DNA of 64,000 bases. Source: Acidobacteriota bacterium (GTDB lineage Bacteria > Acidobacteriota > Blastocatellia > Chloracidobacteriales > JADJPF01). Positions 1-9,650 of this stretch are shown here, one piece after another. The position numbers and the translations under genes are program-made. The stretch lies in the NCBI GenBank assembly GCA_016213785.1, contig JACQZQ010000071.1, positions 15,377-79,376 on the forward strand, in the 5' to 3' direction. The first letter of the stretch is position 1. The number at the start of each line of letters is the position of its first letter. The notes beneath the pieces are model-generated. The model saw only the letters and a program-made list of their open reading frames with translations, was not told the origin of the DNA and searched no databases.

Positions 1-1
1 A

Positions 2-2296
2 GAAAATACCAATCAAGTAAAACCCAAAGAAGAACTTAAGAATGTTGCTGAAGAGATTGAAAGAGATATATCCCCATCAAATAACCAGAGAGATACAAAT
101 AATATAAATAGATCTGCCATTAGCTGGCTACGTAGCTATAGCAATTACTTAACTCCTCGCTTAGGCGTTTCTGCTGATTTAGGAGCATTTCTAGCTACCT
201 ATGTTCGTAACTTAATACTTAATCTTATTACTATAGTTTCTGCTTTATCAGCAGTGCTTTTAATTCCTCGTATTATAGCCTTTTTTACTAAAGCAATTGA
301 TGAAGGACAGTTAAACGATATTTTTTTAGTGATAAGTTTAGTAGGTTTTCTAGTAAGTTTAGTATTTATTATATTTAACCTATATATTATGAAAGCATCT
401 TTTTCTGAAAATAGCAGGAAAAAATGGCTAAATAATTTTTTAACATCCTCTAGAGGTATAGTTTTTTTAATTCTTATTCCTATCCTAATAAGTAGCTGGT
501 CTCTTTGCCAATCAAAATGGCTTTTTGCCTTAAAACCTTTTTCTTATATTGATTATCCTGCTGACAAAAATACTTTTGGCTTTCCATTAGTTTTGGTCAG
601 TCTTTCACTATCAGGTATTTTATTTACTGGGCTGTTTAATAAAATTTTAAGACTAAGAGATGAACAAAGGGAATGGTTGGCTAGGCTTAATGGTCTAATA
701 TCTATTTGCAATTTAATATGGCTACTGTTTTTTGTAATGGCACTCTATAGCCCTATTATTATTGGTTTTTTAGGGTGCTGGGTTCAAACTGGTTTGGGAA
801 TAGGATGGATTGTTTCAACACTAAGTGGGCTTTTAGCTGGTAAAAGTGATAAGACTAGTGGAACAAACACTAGTAAAAGTTTTGCTTTAGAAATTGTAGC
901 TAAAATTGCTCCATATATTTTTATTATTGGGTTATTAGCAGTTTTATCTTTAGGAATACATTCATTTCTACTCAGGCTCTCTAATCTTAATGAACCTTTT
1001 TTTATTGAAAGTATATGTAGTGTTTCTAGTAATTTACCTGCTATTAGAAATACCTATCTAGGGCAAGTTTGGAGAACACTAAACATAGAATTTTTAGGAC
1101 TCGCATTTATTGCTTTTTCAACTATTGCCTTACTAGTTTCTTGGGCAATAAATATTAATGAGTTTTCTATACACCTACCTTATCGTAACAGGCTTGTAAG
1201 AGCTTATTTAGGTGCATCTAATAAAAATCGTAAATCAGGAGCTTATACTAATAAATTCACTGGATTTAACAAAACTGACGATATAAAACTCTTAGATATT
1301 ATTCCTAGCGATAGTGTTGGTTATCCTGGCCCCTATCATATTGTTAATGCTACATTAAATCTTGTTGCTGATACAGACCTAGCTTGGCAACAAAGAAAAG
1401 CAGCTTCCTTTGTTTTTACACCTAAGTATTCTGGATATATTATTAACCATGGTGCAGATAGCGATAAAAGCCCTAAGGAAGCTTATAGAAAAAATGCCGA
1501 TGGTTATGGAGGAGAAGTTACTTTAGGAACAGCTTTAGCAATTTCTGGGGCTGCGGCAAGCCCTAACATGGGTTTTTATAGTTCCCCTACCTTAGGTTTT
1601 TTAATGACTGTTTTTAACGTTCGCTTAGGTTGGTGGTTAGGTAATCCAAGTCAAGAAAAATGGCAGGAATCTTGTCCAACACTAGGGTTATTTTACTTAG
1701 CATTTGAACTATTAGGGCGAACAAATGCTAAAAGAAATTTTGTTTATCTCTCAGATGGAGGTCATTTTGAGAATTTAGGAATTTATGAGCTTGTTCGCCG
1801 TAGATGCCGTTATATAGTTGCTAGTGATGCTGAAGCTGATTTAGACTTAAATTTTAATTCTCTAGGAGAAGTAATTAGAAAATGCTACATAGATTTTGGT
1901 ATTGAGATTGAAATAGACTTAGACCAAATTCGTCGATCTAAAGAGACAGGTTATAGTACCAAGCATTGTGCAGTAGGAAGAATCCATTATGAAAAAGTTG
2001 ATGAAGGGCAAACTTCAGGGTTTTTAGTTTACCTAAAATCTTCTTTAGTTGGAAATGAGGAAGAAGATATACTTAATTACGCTAAGCTTAATCCTGATTT
2101 TCCACACCAATCAACCGCTGATCAATGGTTTGATGAAGCCCAGTTTGAAAGCTACCGCAAGTTAGGTTATAGAGTTGCAAAAGAACCTTTTGAAAATGTT
2201 GTTAAAGAACTTAAACATGATTCAAAGGAAAATAAATCTCAAAGTGTTAACCAAGAGTCTCTTTTTGCTGAACTTAAAAATATTTGTAAAAACTAG
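2..2296 (+). CDS. Membrane-embedded patatin/cPLA2-like phospholipase (5'-partial)
   Basis: Frame is open from base 2 (…WLRSYSNYLTPRLG… lies upstream of the ORF-track start at 254); many TM segments; C-terminal motifs YRNRLVRAYLGAS, SGAAASPNMG, LSDGGHFENLG, FPHQSTADQWFDEAQFESY. Confidence 0.75.
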   Translation, partial: ENTNQVKPKEELKNVAEEIERDISPSNNQRDTNNINRSAISWLRSYSNYLTPRLGVSADLGAFLATYVRNLILNLITIVSALSAVLLIPRIIAFFTKAIDEGQLNDIFLVISLVGFLVSLVFIIFNLYIMKASFSENSRKKWLNNFLTSSRGIVFLILIPILISSWSLCQSKWLFALKPFSYIDYPADKNTFGFPLVLVSLSLSGILFTGLFNKILRLRDEQREWLARLNGLISICNLIWLLFFVMALYSPIIIGFLGCWVQTGLGIGWIVSTLSGLLAGKSDKTSGTNTSKSFALEIVAKIAPYIFIIGLLAVLSLGIHSFLLRLSNLNEPFFIESICSVSSNLPAIRNTYLGQVWRTLNIEFLGLAFIAFSTIALLVSWAININEFSIHLPYRNRLVRAYLGASNKNRKSGAYTNKFTGFNKTDDIKLLDIIPSDSVGYPGPYHIVNATLNLVADTDLAWQQRKAASFVFTPKYSGYIINHGADSDKSPKEAYRKNADGYGGEVTLGTALAISGAAASPNMGFYSSPTLGFLMTVFNVRLGWWLGNPSQEKWQESCPTLGLFYLAFELLGRTNAKRNFVYLSDGGHFENLGIYELVRRRCRYIVASDAEADLDLNFNSLGEVIRKCYIDFGIEIEIDLDQIRRSKETGYSTKHCAVGRIHYEKVDEGQTSGFLVYLKSSLVGNEEEDILNYAKLNPDFPHQSTADQWFDEAQFESYRKLGYRVAKEPFENVVKELKHDSKENKSQSVNQESLFAELKNICKN

Positions 2297-3216
2297 ACTT
2301 GGCTACATGCCTTAGACAAAATAGGCGTATGATCAATATTTTCAATTGTTTTAGGAATTAAGTAATATTTTGATAGTTCATCCCAGTCTAGATTACGTAT
2401 AGTAACTATTTCATTTAGGAATATACTAACCCAAATATTTCCTATTCTTGAGCTAGATTCTTCTTGTTGTAATTTATGTGTGGCTATTTCTACGTAATCT
2501 AAATCAAGCTCAAAGGCTATAAAATTGCGTCCTAAACGTTTAGCCGCTAGAGCAGTTGTTCCTGTTCCAGAAAAAGGGTCTAAAACTATATCTGCTTGGT
2601 CTGTTGACATAAGAATTATTCGCTCAAGTAGATGTAAGGGTAGTTGACAAGGGTGTTTATCTCTATATTTATTATGTTTTATACGATGAATATCTGTCCA
2701 AACATCAGAAATTAGCGGCCCAAAAGGATGAAGCCCTGCTTTTTTACCACCATAATCTTTATGTAAATAATTACATTTACGGCATCTTTTATGCTGATAA
2801 CGGATTTCATAAAATTTATTTTGCTCTATATTTTTTGCATAGTATAAAATGCCATAGTGAGATGGTTGTAAGGTTTTACCCATAGGTAATGTTGGGGCAT
2901 CCCAAGAAATCCAATGCTTAAAGTAAGCGTTTTTATTTAAGAAATTGGTATAGTAGGTTAACCATTTTGGAATATTATGTACAAAAATTGAGCCAGTAGG
3001 TTTAGTAACTCGAACCATTTCTTTAAGCCATTTTTCACACCAACCTAGGTATTCTTTAAGCTCAAGACTATCGCTAGTACTATTATATTTCTTTTTTAGA
3101 TTAAATGGAGGGTCAGCAAAAGTAACATCAATACTGTTATCAGGTATATTTCTTAGTAAATCTAAACAGTCACCTTGAGTAATTTTATTTAAATATTTAT
3201 TAAGTGTTTTTTCCAA
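2293..3216 (-). CDS. Site-specific DNA methyltransferase (N6-A/N4-C, beta-class motif order)
   Basis: Catalytic DPPF motif near the N-terminus, HPCQLP, and SAM-binding VLDPFSGTGTT near the C-terminus. Confidence 0.9.
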   Translation of the reverse strand: MEKTLNKYLNKITQGDCLDLLRNIPDNSIDVTFADPPFNLKKKYNSTSDSLELKEYLGWCEKWLKEMVRVTKPTGSIFVHNIPKWLTYYTNFLNKNAYFKHWISWDAPTLPMGKTLQPSHYGILYYAKNIEQNKFYEIRYQHKRCRKCNYLHKDYGGKKAGLHPFGPLISDVWTDIHRIKHNKYRDKHPCQLPLHLLERIILMSTDQADIVLDPFSGTGTTALAAKRLGRNFIAFELDLDYVEIATHKLQQEESSSRIGNIWVSIFLNEIVTIRNLDWDELSKYYLIPKTIENIDHTPILSKACSQV

Positions 3217-3290
3217 GTTTCACCTGTAGAGAGTCTATTAACTATCAGCATTCTGCTTCCACTAGCACAAATTAATATTAACTGAGTGTT

Positions 3291-5039
3291 TTAATCGTCT
3301 TTACGTTTTTTATCTTTTTTGTCCCTATCTTTTTTATCTTCATCTTTTTTCTTACCAAGAAATCCTCCTAGTACTTTACCAACACCACTAGCCGCATCAA
3401 CAATAATATTTTTGCCTTCTTTTCTATTATCTTTATTGTCATTTTTATTATTATTTTTGTTTTCATTTTTATTAGCAACTTCTTCTGTATTTGCTTTAGG
3501 GCTAGCTTTAGGTTTAGCCACAATAGGCTTTTTGTCAGAAGTATTTGTTTTACTAGGGTCTTCATTTAAGTTAGTTTGAGTATCGGTATTATTTTTGTTT
3601 TCAGGGCTTTCTGGATCAGAAAATTTAACAACAGGGGTGGGAGTAGAATTATTTATTGCAGGCAACGGGCTAGCGCTATTTGTAGGAGTAAGAGAAGAAT
3701 TTGAGTTGCTATAAAGCATTCCACCTAAGGCGAAAACTATTCCTGCTGTAACCCCTATAGCAAGAGGTATTCGCTTAGTAGACCTACTAGTCTCTTGGTT
3801 TACCTTTATAGCAGAAGAAGCTGTTAAAGGGATAATGGCTTTTTCTGTAGGCTGATTTTCTATAGATATTGCTGCTAAAGTATTAGCTGATATTTGAGAG
3901 GTAACAGAGACTTTTGCTGTTCCAATATGATTAGCTTGAGTTTTTGCTGCTTCATTATCTAAAGTTTGTTGGGCTTCTGGGATTTCAGTAGACATTTTAG
4001 CTGTTTTAGGTATAAGTGTAACTGGCCCACTAGCTTGTTTCATTGTTGGAGTTAATTCTTGAGCATTTTTTGAAAATAGGCTTGGGTTTGGTAGAGCATC
4101 AAGACCCTCAGGAGCTAAGGATGGATTTTCAATTAATACATTTTTAAGTAAATTAGCAAATTCTGTTGCAGATGATAAGCGTTCGTTTCTTTTCTTTTTT
4201 AATGCTAGAGCTATAACAGGGTCAAAAGGCTGAAGACTTGGGTTATTATCAGCTAATGAGCGGGGTTCTTGAAATAGATGTGCTGCAATAATTTTTTCTA
4301 TTGTCCCATAAAAGGGCGGACGACCAGAAAGCATTTCATAGGCTATAATGCCTAAGGCATAAATATCAGCTTGATGGTCTACTAATTCGCCATCATAAAA
4401 TTCGGGCCCCATATAATAAGGTGTTCCAAATACCTCGCCAGTTTTTGTAATATTAGCTGCGTTACCTTCTTCATCTTTAATTATTTTAGCCAAACCAAAA
4501 TCAACTACTTTAATTATTGGCTCACCATCTCCAGATTGTTTAAGCATAATATTTTCTGGTTTTAAGTCTCTATGAATAATTCCTAGGGTATGAGCCATTG
4601 ATACAGCGCTACATATTTGCCCCATCCATTTTACTGTTTCTAAAGGAGAAACAGTTTTATTTTTGCTTAGAATATCTCTTAAGGAAACACCACTAATAAA
4701 TTCCATTACAATATAAGCAATATTTTCTTGCCAAACACCAAAATCATGGATTGTAACAGCGTTAGGGTGTTCAAGTTTAGCAGCAGTTTTAGCTTCACGC
4801 ATAAAACGAGATAAGGCTGATGCATCTTCAGCAAGTTCTGTTGACATAACTTTAATAGCAACAGGTTTTTCTAGTAAAAGATGTTTTCCTTCATAAACAG
4901 CACCCATTCCACCTCTACCAAGCAGCCGTTTAACTTCATATTTTTCTGCAATGGTTTGCCCAATAAGCTCATGTCTTAGGATTGCAGAACTATTATTAGT
5001 CCCAGTATTAGAAATATTTTGAGAATTTTCCATAACCAT
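3291..5039 (-). CDS. Hanks-type Ser/Thr protein kinase with one TM helix and low-complexity C-terminal tail
   Basis: LGRGGMGAVY, VAIK, HRDLKPEN, DFG, GTPYYMGPE; hydrophobic segment IPLAIGVTAGIVFALGGML; N/K/D-rich tail. Confidence 0.93.
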   Translation of the reverse strand: MVMENSQNISNTGTNNSSAILRHELIGQTIAEKYEVKRLLGRGGMGAVYEGKHLLLEKPVAIKVMSTELAEDASALSRFMREAKTAAKLEHPNAVTIHDFGVWQENIAYIVMEFISGVSLRDILSKNKTVSPLETVKWMGQICSAVSMAHTLGIIHRDLKPENIMLKQSGDGEPIIKVVDFGLAKIIKDEEGNAANITKTGEVFGTPYYMGPEFYDGELVDHQADIYALGIIAYEMLSGRPPFYGTIEKIIAAHLFQEPRSLADNNPSLQPFDPVIALALKKKRNERLSSATEFANLLKNVLIENPSLAPEGLDALPNPSLFSKNAQELTPTMKQASGPVTLIPKTAKMSTEIPEAQQTLDNEAAKTQANHIGTAKVSVTSQISANTLAAISIENQPTEKAIIPLTASSAIKVNQETSRSTKRIPLAIGVTAGIVFALGGMLYSNSNSSLTPTNSASPLPAINNSTPTPVVKFSDPESPENKNNTDTQTNLNEDPSKTNTSDKKPIVAKPKASPKANTEEVANKNENKNNNKNDNKDNRKEGKNIIVDAASGVGKVLGGFLGKKKDEDKKDRDKKDKKRKDD

Positions 5040-5314
5040 AACCTTATTTTTTGCTGCTAAATATTAAAAATTAAAAGTGTTTTCTTGGGATGATAATCTT
5101 TTATAATAGGTTGATTGTGTTTAGCTATCAACCTGTAAAAGTTATAAAAAATACTAATTCTTTATAAGATTTTTTATAATGCTTAAATATATCCTTAACC
5201 TCTTATTTAACAAAAGGTAAGTAAAGATTATAAAAATAAAAATTATCAAAATTAAGAATTTATTATTGGTTTCTAAAAAGTTAAAAGTCTATTGTGTCTA
5301 TTTAAGATAATGTT

Positions 5315-5354
5315 TATTAATAAAATGTTACCTTTAATTAACATTTTATTAATA
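5315..5354. promoter_or_regulatory. Perfect 16-bp inverted repeat in a divergent intergenic region (candidate operator)
   Basis: TATTAATAAAATGTTA-N8-TAACATTTTATTAATA between the divergent genes starting at 5039(-) and 5416(+). Confidence 0.4.
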
Positions 5355-5415
5355 TTTTCTTTAACCAATTTTGATAGCTTTGCTTTAGAAAATAAGGAAA
5401 GGAATAATTTCTAAA

Positions 5416-5703
5416 GTGAAAATAAATCGATTAATTTTTTTTACTGAGAAAATTAAACAACTTCAACATTCCCTTACTCAAGCTAAGACAATGGATCAAA
5501 ATATTGAAATTGTTAAAGATGCTATAAAGTGCTACCACATTTTAGCTCAATACCTTATTAATAATGCTGATAATGACAAAGATGATAATGATAAGGAAAT
5601 AGTAGAATTATGTAAAAAACTTCAAGAGATAGAAAATTCGGCAGTATTAAAATGTCAGTTCTTTAGTATTACTGGCTTTTATAAAACTAAAAGCTTGATT
5701 TAG
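5416..5703 (+). CDS. Hypothetical protein (95 aa, helical)
   Basis: GTG start preceded by AAGGAAAGGA; no family recognised. Confidence 0.55.
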   Translation: MKINRLIFFTEKIKQLQHSLTQAKTMDQNIEIVKDAIKCYHILAQYLINNADNDKDDNDKEIVELCKKLQEIENSAVLKCQFFSITGFYKTKSLI

Positions 5704-5716
5704 CCTTAATTATTTA

Positions 5717-6004
5717 TTAGTCTATTTCTGCTGTGACATCTACTTTAGGGTAGACTTTGACAGAATAAATAGCGTTAATCCAATATCGTTCAAACACCAT
5801 TCTAGCTTGTAGTTGGCCTCTAACAGAAGTTTGAGGAAAGACTAAAACATAGCGTTTTTCTTCAAATTCACCACAAAGTTCTTCATTATTTTCTGTCTTA
5901 AAGGTAATAGTCCAACTAGCAGGCATTCCTGCTGCAAAATTTGAAATTAGTGTTGTCCAAGTGTTTTTGGGGCAAAAGATCTTCTTTGTACCAAATAATC
6001 CCAT
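5717..6004 (-). CDS. Hypothetical protein (95 aa, beta-rich)
   Basis: ATG ORF with Trp/aromatic-rich, protein-like composition; co-oriented with the two upstream genes. Confidence 0.65.
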   Translation of the reverse strand: MGLFGTKKIFCPKNTWTTLISNFAAGMPASWTITFKTENNEELCGEFEEKRYVLVFPQTSVRGQLQARMVFERYWINAIYSVKVYPKVDVTAEID

Positions 6005-6058
6005 AATTTCTAAATTTTTCTAAATTTTTTTAGACTTTTACTCATCAATAATTCTAGA

Positions 6059-6424
6059 TTATTGATGGTATTTAATTATATTTTTCTCTTTTATTTTATT
6101 TGTTTGAGAAAACTTATTTGATAATAAGTCTTTATCTAGTAGCAGAATATCAGTTATATCTACAGCCCAAGGGCTGTAATTATCTGTTACTATTAGAATT
6201 GAGGTAAGAGAATTTGTCCCTACTACAAAATCATCAAACTCAGCAACAAATTCATAACCTTCTCTAACAATAGCTTTAGCGGCTGAGTCATCAGCCTCGC
6301 CTATGGTAAAACCTAAACCAGCTTGATTTGCTAATTGCCAAGAATTATAGAGCTTTTTTTGCCATAAACTAGGATTAGTTTTAAGCGATTTTACTATATG
6401 AGTCAATTTAGGTTGCTTTTGCAT
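6059..6424 (-). CDS. Hypothetical protein, paralog of 6569-6907
   Basis: Start moved to ATG 6424 (GGAGG RBS at 6434-6438, minus strand); shares MQxxPKLT, SWQLxxQAGxGFxIG, EGxExxAExD, GTN, PWAVDIT with its neighbour. Confidence 0.8.
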   Translation of the reverse strand: MQKQPKLTHIVKSLKTNPSLWQKKLYNSWQLANQAGLGFTIGEADDSAAKAIVREGYEFVAEFDDFVVGTNSLTSILIVTDNYSPWAVDITDILLLDKDLLSNKFSQTNKIKEKNIIKYHQ

Positions 6425-6568
6425 TTGGGTTAACCTCCAAAACAAAAATTTTAAGCTAACGAAAAATTTAAGTTAACTAAGAAGCAAGTTTTTTCCAAAA
6501 AGATGCAATTTTAAGAGAAAAGCTTTGCAACAAAACCCCGAAATAAACTCACTTTTGAAATTATGCTA

Positions 6569-6907
6569 TTAAGTTGTTAGGTTAAACAAGTTAAGCTTAC
6601 GAAATGTTGCATAATTGCCTTTAACTAGGTCTTCTGTGATGTCTACAGCCCAAGGGCCATAATAGAGTGTAACTACAACAATAGAAGTAATCCAATTTGT
6701 TCCTATAGAGATTCCATCAATTTCAGCAATTAATTCAAACCCTTCTTTAGTTAAAGCAATGCTAGGTAAATCATAATCATCCCCAATAGCAAACCCACGC
6801 CCAGCTTGATGACCTAATTGCCAAGAATGAAAGATTTTTTCTTTCCATAAATCCTTACTAAGCTTGATAGAATTTGCAATTTGGGTTAGTTTAGGCACAC
6901 TTTGCAT
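6569..6907 (-). CDS. Hypothetical protein, paralog of 6059-6424
   Basis: ATG with AAGGAAGG upstream; motif-level identity with the adjacent gene. Confidence 0.8.
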   Translation of the reverse strand: MQSVPKLTQIANSIKLSKDLWKEKIFHSWQLGHQAGRGFAIGDDYDLPSIALTKEGFELIAEIDGISIGTNWITSIVVVTLYYGPWAVDITEDLVKGNYATFRKLNLFNLTT

Positions 6908-7034
6908 TTTTTAATCCTTCCTTTATAGATATTTTAAACTGCTAAATACCAAAAAGGTTTTTAACTAAAAAATGTAAAGTAGCTGTCAAACCTATGTAAG
7001 AATTTTGTAAAGTGGGAGTTTTAGTGCAAATCTT

Positions 7035-8612
7035 ATGATACTTTCAGCTATAGATATAGGGTCTAACTCTATACATTTTGTTTTAGTAAAAGCCGACCCA
7101 GGGCAACACTTTGAACTAATTGCACAGGAAAAAGACATGGTGCGATTAGCTGCGGGTGCTCTAGGCTCTCATCATTTAACTAAAGAGAAAATGGAACAGG
7201 CTTTTTCTACCATTACACGTTATGTTAGTTTTGCTCGTGCTCGTGAGGCTGAACATATTTTAATTACAGCTACTAGCGCTGTTAGAGAAGCAAGTAATAA
7301 AGATTATTTTTTAAGTCGTGTAAAAGAATTAACAGGCGTAAAAGTAGAAATCCTTTCAGGCATAGAAGAAGCTAGACTTATTGCCTTAGCTGTTAGTTCA
7401 GCAATGAATCTTAATGGCCGACGTGCGCTAATTATTGATATTGGTGGAGGATCAACAGAATTTATAATCACAGATGGCTCTAAACCAGATTTTCTCTACT
7501 CAATTCGTCTAGGTGCAGTTAGACTTGCAGAAGCTTTTAAGTTAAGCGACCCAGTAAAGAAAAAAGAGCTATCTCAACTGCATAAATATCTTTCTTCGGC
7601 TCTTGCTCATACAGCACAAGAAGTTCGCTCTATTGGCTATAATTTTGTAATAGGAACTTCTGGAACAATTCTTAATCTAGTTAGTCTAGCTGCTCAAATT
7701 AGAGAAGACTCAGCTAGCCCAGAAAAAGGTTTTAACTCCTTTAGTCATCAATGTCGAGTAGAAGAGCTAAAAGAAGTAAATGAAAAACTAGCAAAAATTA
7801 CTGAAAAAGAACGAACCCGTTTTCCAGGGCTTGATCCTAAACGTGCTGATATTATTGTTGCAGGTGGACAACTCCTAGAGGCCATTTTAATGGCTGTAGG
7901 GGCAAAAGAAATTGTTACCTGCGATTGGTCATTAAGAGAAGGGGTTTTATTAAACTTTATTGAAGCGCTTAGACATCAATTTCCTGCTGATTTAGGAGAG
8001 ATTTCCTTAGATGAAAAAGCTTTAGATATTAAGGATAAAACCATTCTTTCAATAGCTAGACGCTATGAATATCAACCAACACATGCCCACCAAGTAGCAA
8101 AATTAGTAGGGTTAATTTTTGATAAATTTCGTCCCTATCATAGCTTAATTCAAGAAGATAGGGTTTTACTTCAATACTCGGCCATTCTTCATGATATTGG
8201 TTATCATATTTCACATGTGGAGCATCATAAACATGCATATTACCTAATACAACATGCTGAAATACCAGGTTTTAATACAAAAGAGATTGCAATAATAGCT
8301 AATGTTGTAAGGTTTCATCGTGGCCCTAAGCCAAATAATCAAAAATGTTTTCGCCGTTTAAGTAAACTAGATCGTAGTAGAGTTGAACAAATGTCTGCAC
8401 TTCTTCGCTTAGCTGATGGACTAGACCGTTCACACCGCTCTCTTGTTGAAGATTTGCAAGTTGAAATTCAAGGAAAAACGCTACAACTTAATGTAAAGGC
8501 TAGAGAAGATTGTGACTTAGAAATTTGGTATACAAACCATAATGCAAATTATTTTGAAGCTATTTTCCATAAAAAAATAGATATTGAAGTATCTAAGATT
8601 TTAAGTGATTAG
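7035..8612 (+). CDS. ppx: Exopolyphosphatase / pppGpp phosphohydrolase (Ppx/GppA) with C-terminal HD domain
   Basis: AIDIGSNS, ATSAVREA, EEARL, DIGGGSTE, LREG, LHDIG. Confidence 0.92.
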   Translation: MILSAIDIGSNSIHFVLVKADPGQHFELIAQEKDMVRLAAGALGSHHLTKEKMEQAFSTITRYVSFARAREAEHILITATSAVREASNKDYFLSRVKELTGVKVEILSGIEEARLIALAVSSAMNLNGRRALIIDIGGGSTEFIITDGSKPDFLYSIRLGAVRLAEAFKLSDPVKKKELSQLHKYLSSALAHTAQEVRSIGYNFVIGTSGTILNLVSLAAQIREDSASPEKGFNSFSHQCRVEELKEVNEKLAKITEKERTRFPGLDPKRADIIVAGGQLLEAILMAVGAKEIVTCDWSLREGVLLNFIEALRHQFPADLGEISLDEKALDIKDKTILSIARRYEYQPTHAHQVAKLVGLIFDKFRPYHSLIQEDRVLLQYSAILHDIGYHISHVEHHKHAYYLIQHAEIPGFNTKEIAIIANVVRFHRGPKPNNQKCFRRLSKLDRSRVEQMSALLRLADGLDRSHRSLVEDLQVEIQGKTLQLNVKAREDCDLEIWYTNHNANYFEAIFHKKIDIEVSKILSD

Positions 8613-8621
8613 GTATTAAAA

Positions 8622-9620
8622 CTAGGCTGTATTAAGTAGCACCTCAGATAAAAAATATTCAAGCTGTAATGAGGGTTTACCTAAAGAGTTTTTCATTGCA
8701 TTATCAACTTCTGAGATTTTTTTTACAGCAAAAACGATTTTATTTGTATCCCAACGTCTAACATGGGTTAGAAAATCTGTGATACGAAAAGGTGGTATAC
8801 CTGCTTCCTTAGCAATTTCATCGGCTGATACCTTTTGTTGCATTAAATCTTTAGCAATTAACATTTGTCTAAACACTCTAGCTACAACGGCTAAAAGCAA
8901 AATAGGGTCATTGTTATTTGAGAGTTGCCTAGTTAGAAGCCTCATTGTAGTTTTAGTTTCTCTAGCAAGAATTGCATCTGCTAACTCAAAATTACTATGT
9001 TCTTTAACAGGTGTAACTAAGTTTTCTACATCCTGAGGTGAAATCATTGCTGAACGACCTAAGTTTGCCATTAGTTTTTCTAGTTCATTACGTAAAGTAA
9101 AAAGATCTGTCCCAGTTAAACTAACTAATAACCCAGCAGTTGCTCCTGTAATTTGATATTTATTTCGACTTAAGTAATTTATTACCCAATCAATTGCTTC
9201 GCGCTCTTTTAAGGGATTAAGGTCTACTACCATACAAGTTTTAAGTAATGCTGTAGAAAAGCTACGTCGTTTATCAAGTTCCTGAGCTTGAAAAACTAAA
9301 ATTGTGGTTGGTAGAGGATTTTTAAGATAATCCTTTAATAAATCTAATTCTTCATCAGATGTTTTTTCAAAATCACGAGCAATTATAACTTGGCGTTCGC
9401 CAAACATTGGGTATTCACTTGCTGTAGTGATAACTGCTCTAAGTCCTTGGCTTGCAACAGAATATTCTTTCCAATTAAACATCCAAGCGCTTTCATCTAA
9501 TGCTGCTTTTCTTAGTTCTTTTATAGCTTCTTGGTGTAGAAAATTTTCTGTTCCTCGAAAAAGATAAAGAGGAACTATTTTCTTAGCCTTAAATTGTTGT
9601 AAAAGTTCATCTAATGTCAA
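8622..9620 (-). CDS. holA: DNA polymerase III delta subunit
   Basis: PLYLFxGxExFL, PMFGERQVI, LRNELEKL, FELADAI, DNAMK; typical length. Confidence 0.88.
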   Translation of the reverse strand: MTLDELLQQFKAKKIVPLYLFRGTENFLHQEAIKELRKAALDESAWMFNWKEYSVASQGLRAVITTASEYPMFGERQVIIARDFEKTSDEELDLLKDYLKNPLPTTILVFQAQELDKRRSFSTALLKTCMVVDLNPLKEREAIDWVINYLSRNKYQITGATAGLLVSLTGTDLFTLRNELEKLMANLGRSAMISPQDVENLVTPVKEHSNFELADAILARETKTTMRLLTRQLSNNNDPILLLAVVARVFRQMLIAKDLMQQKVSADEIAKEAGIPPFRITDFLTHVRRWDTNKIVFAVKKISEVDNAMKNSLGKPSLQLEYFLSEVLLNTA

Positions 9621-9650
9621 AGTTTTACCTCATTAGTTTCTAATTCTTAA

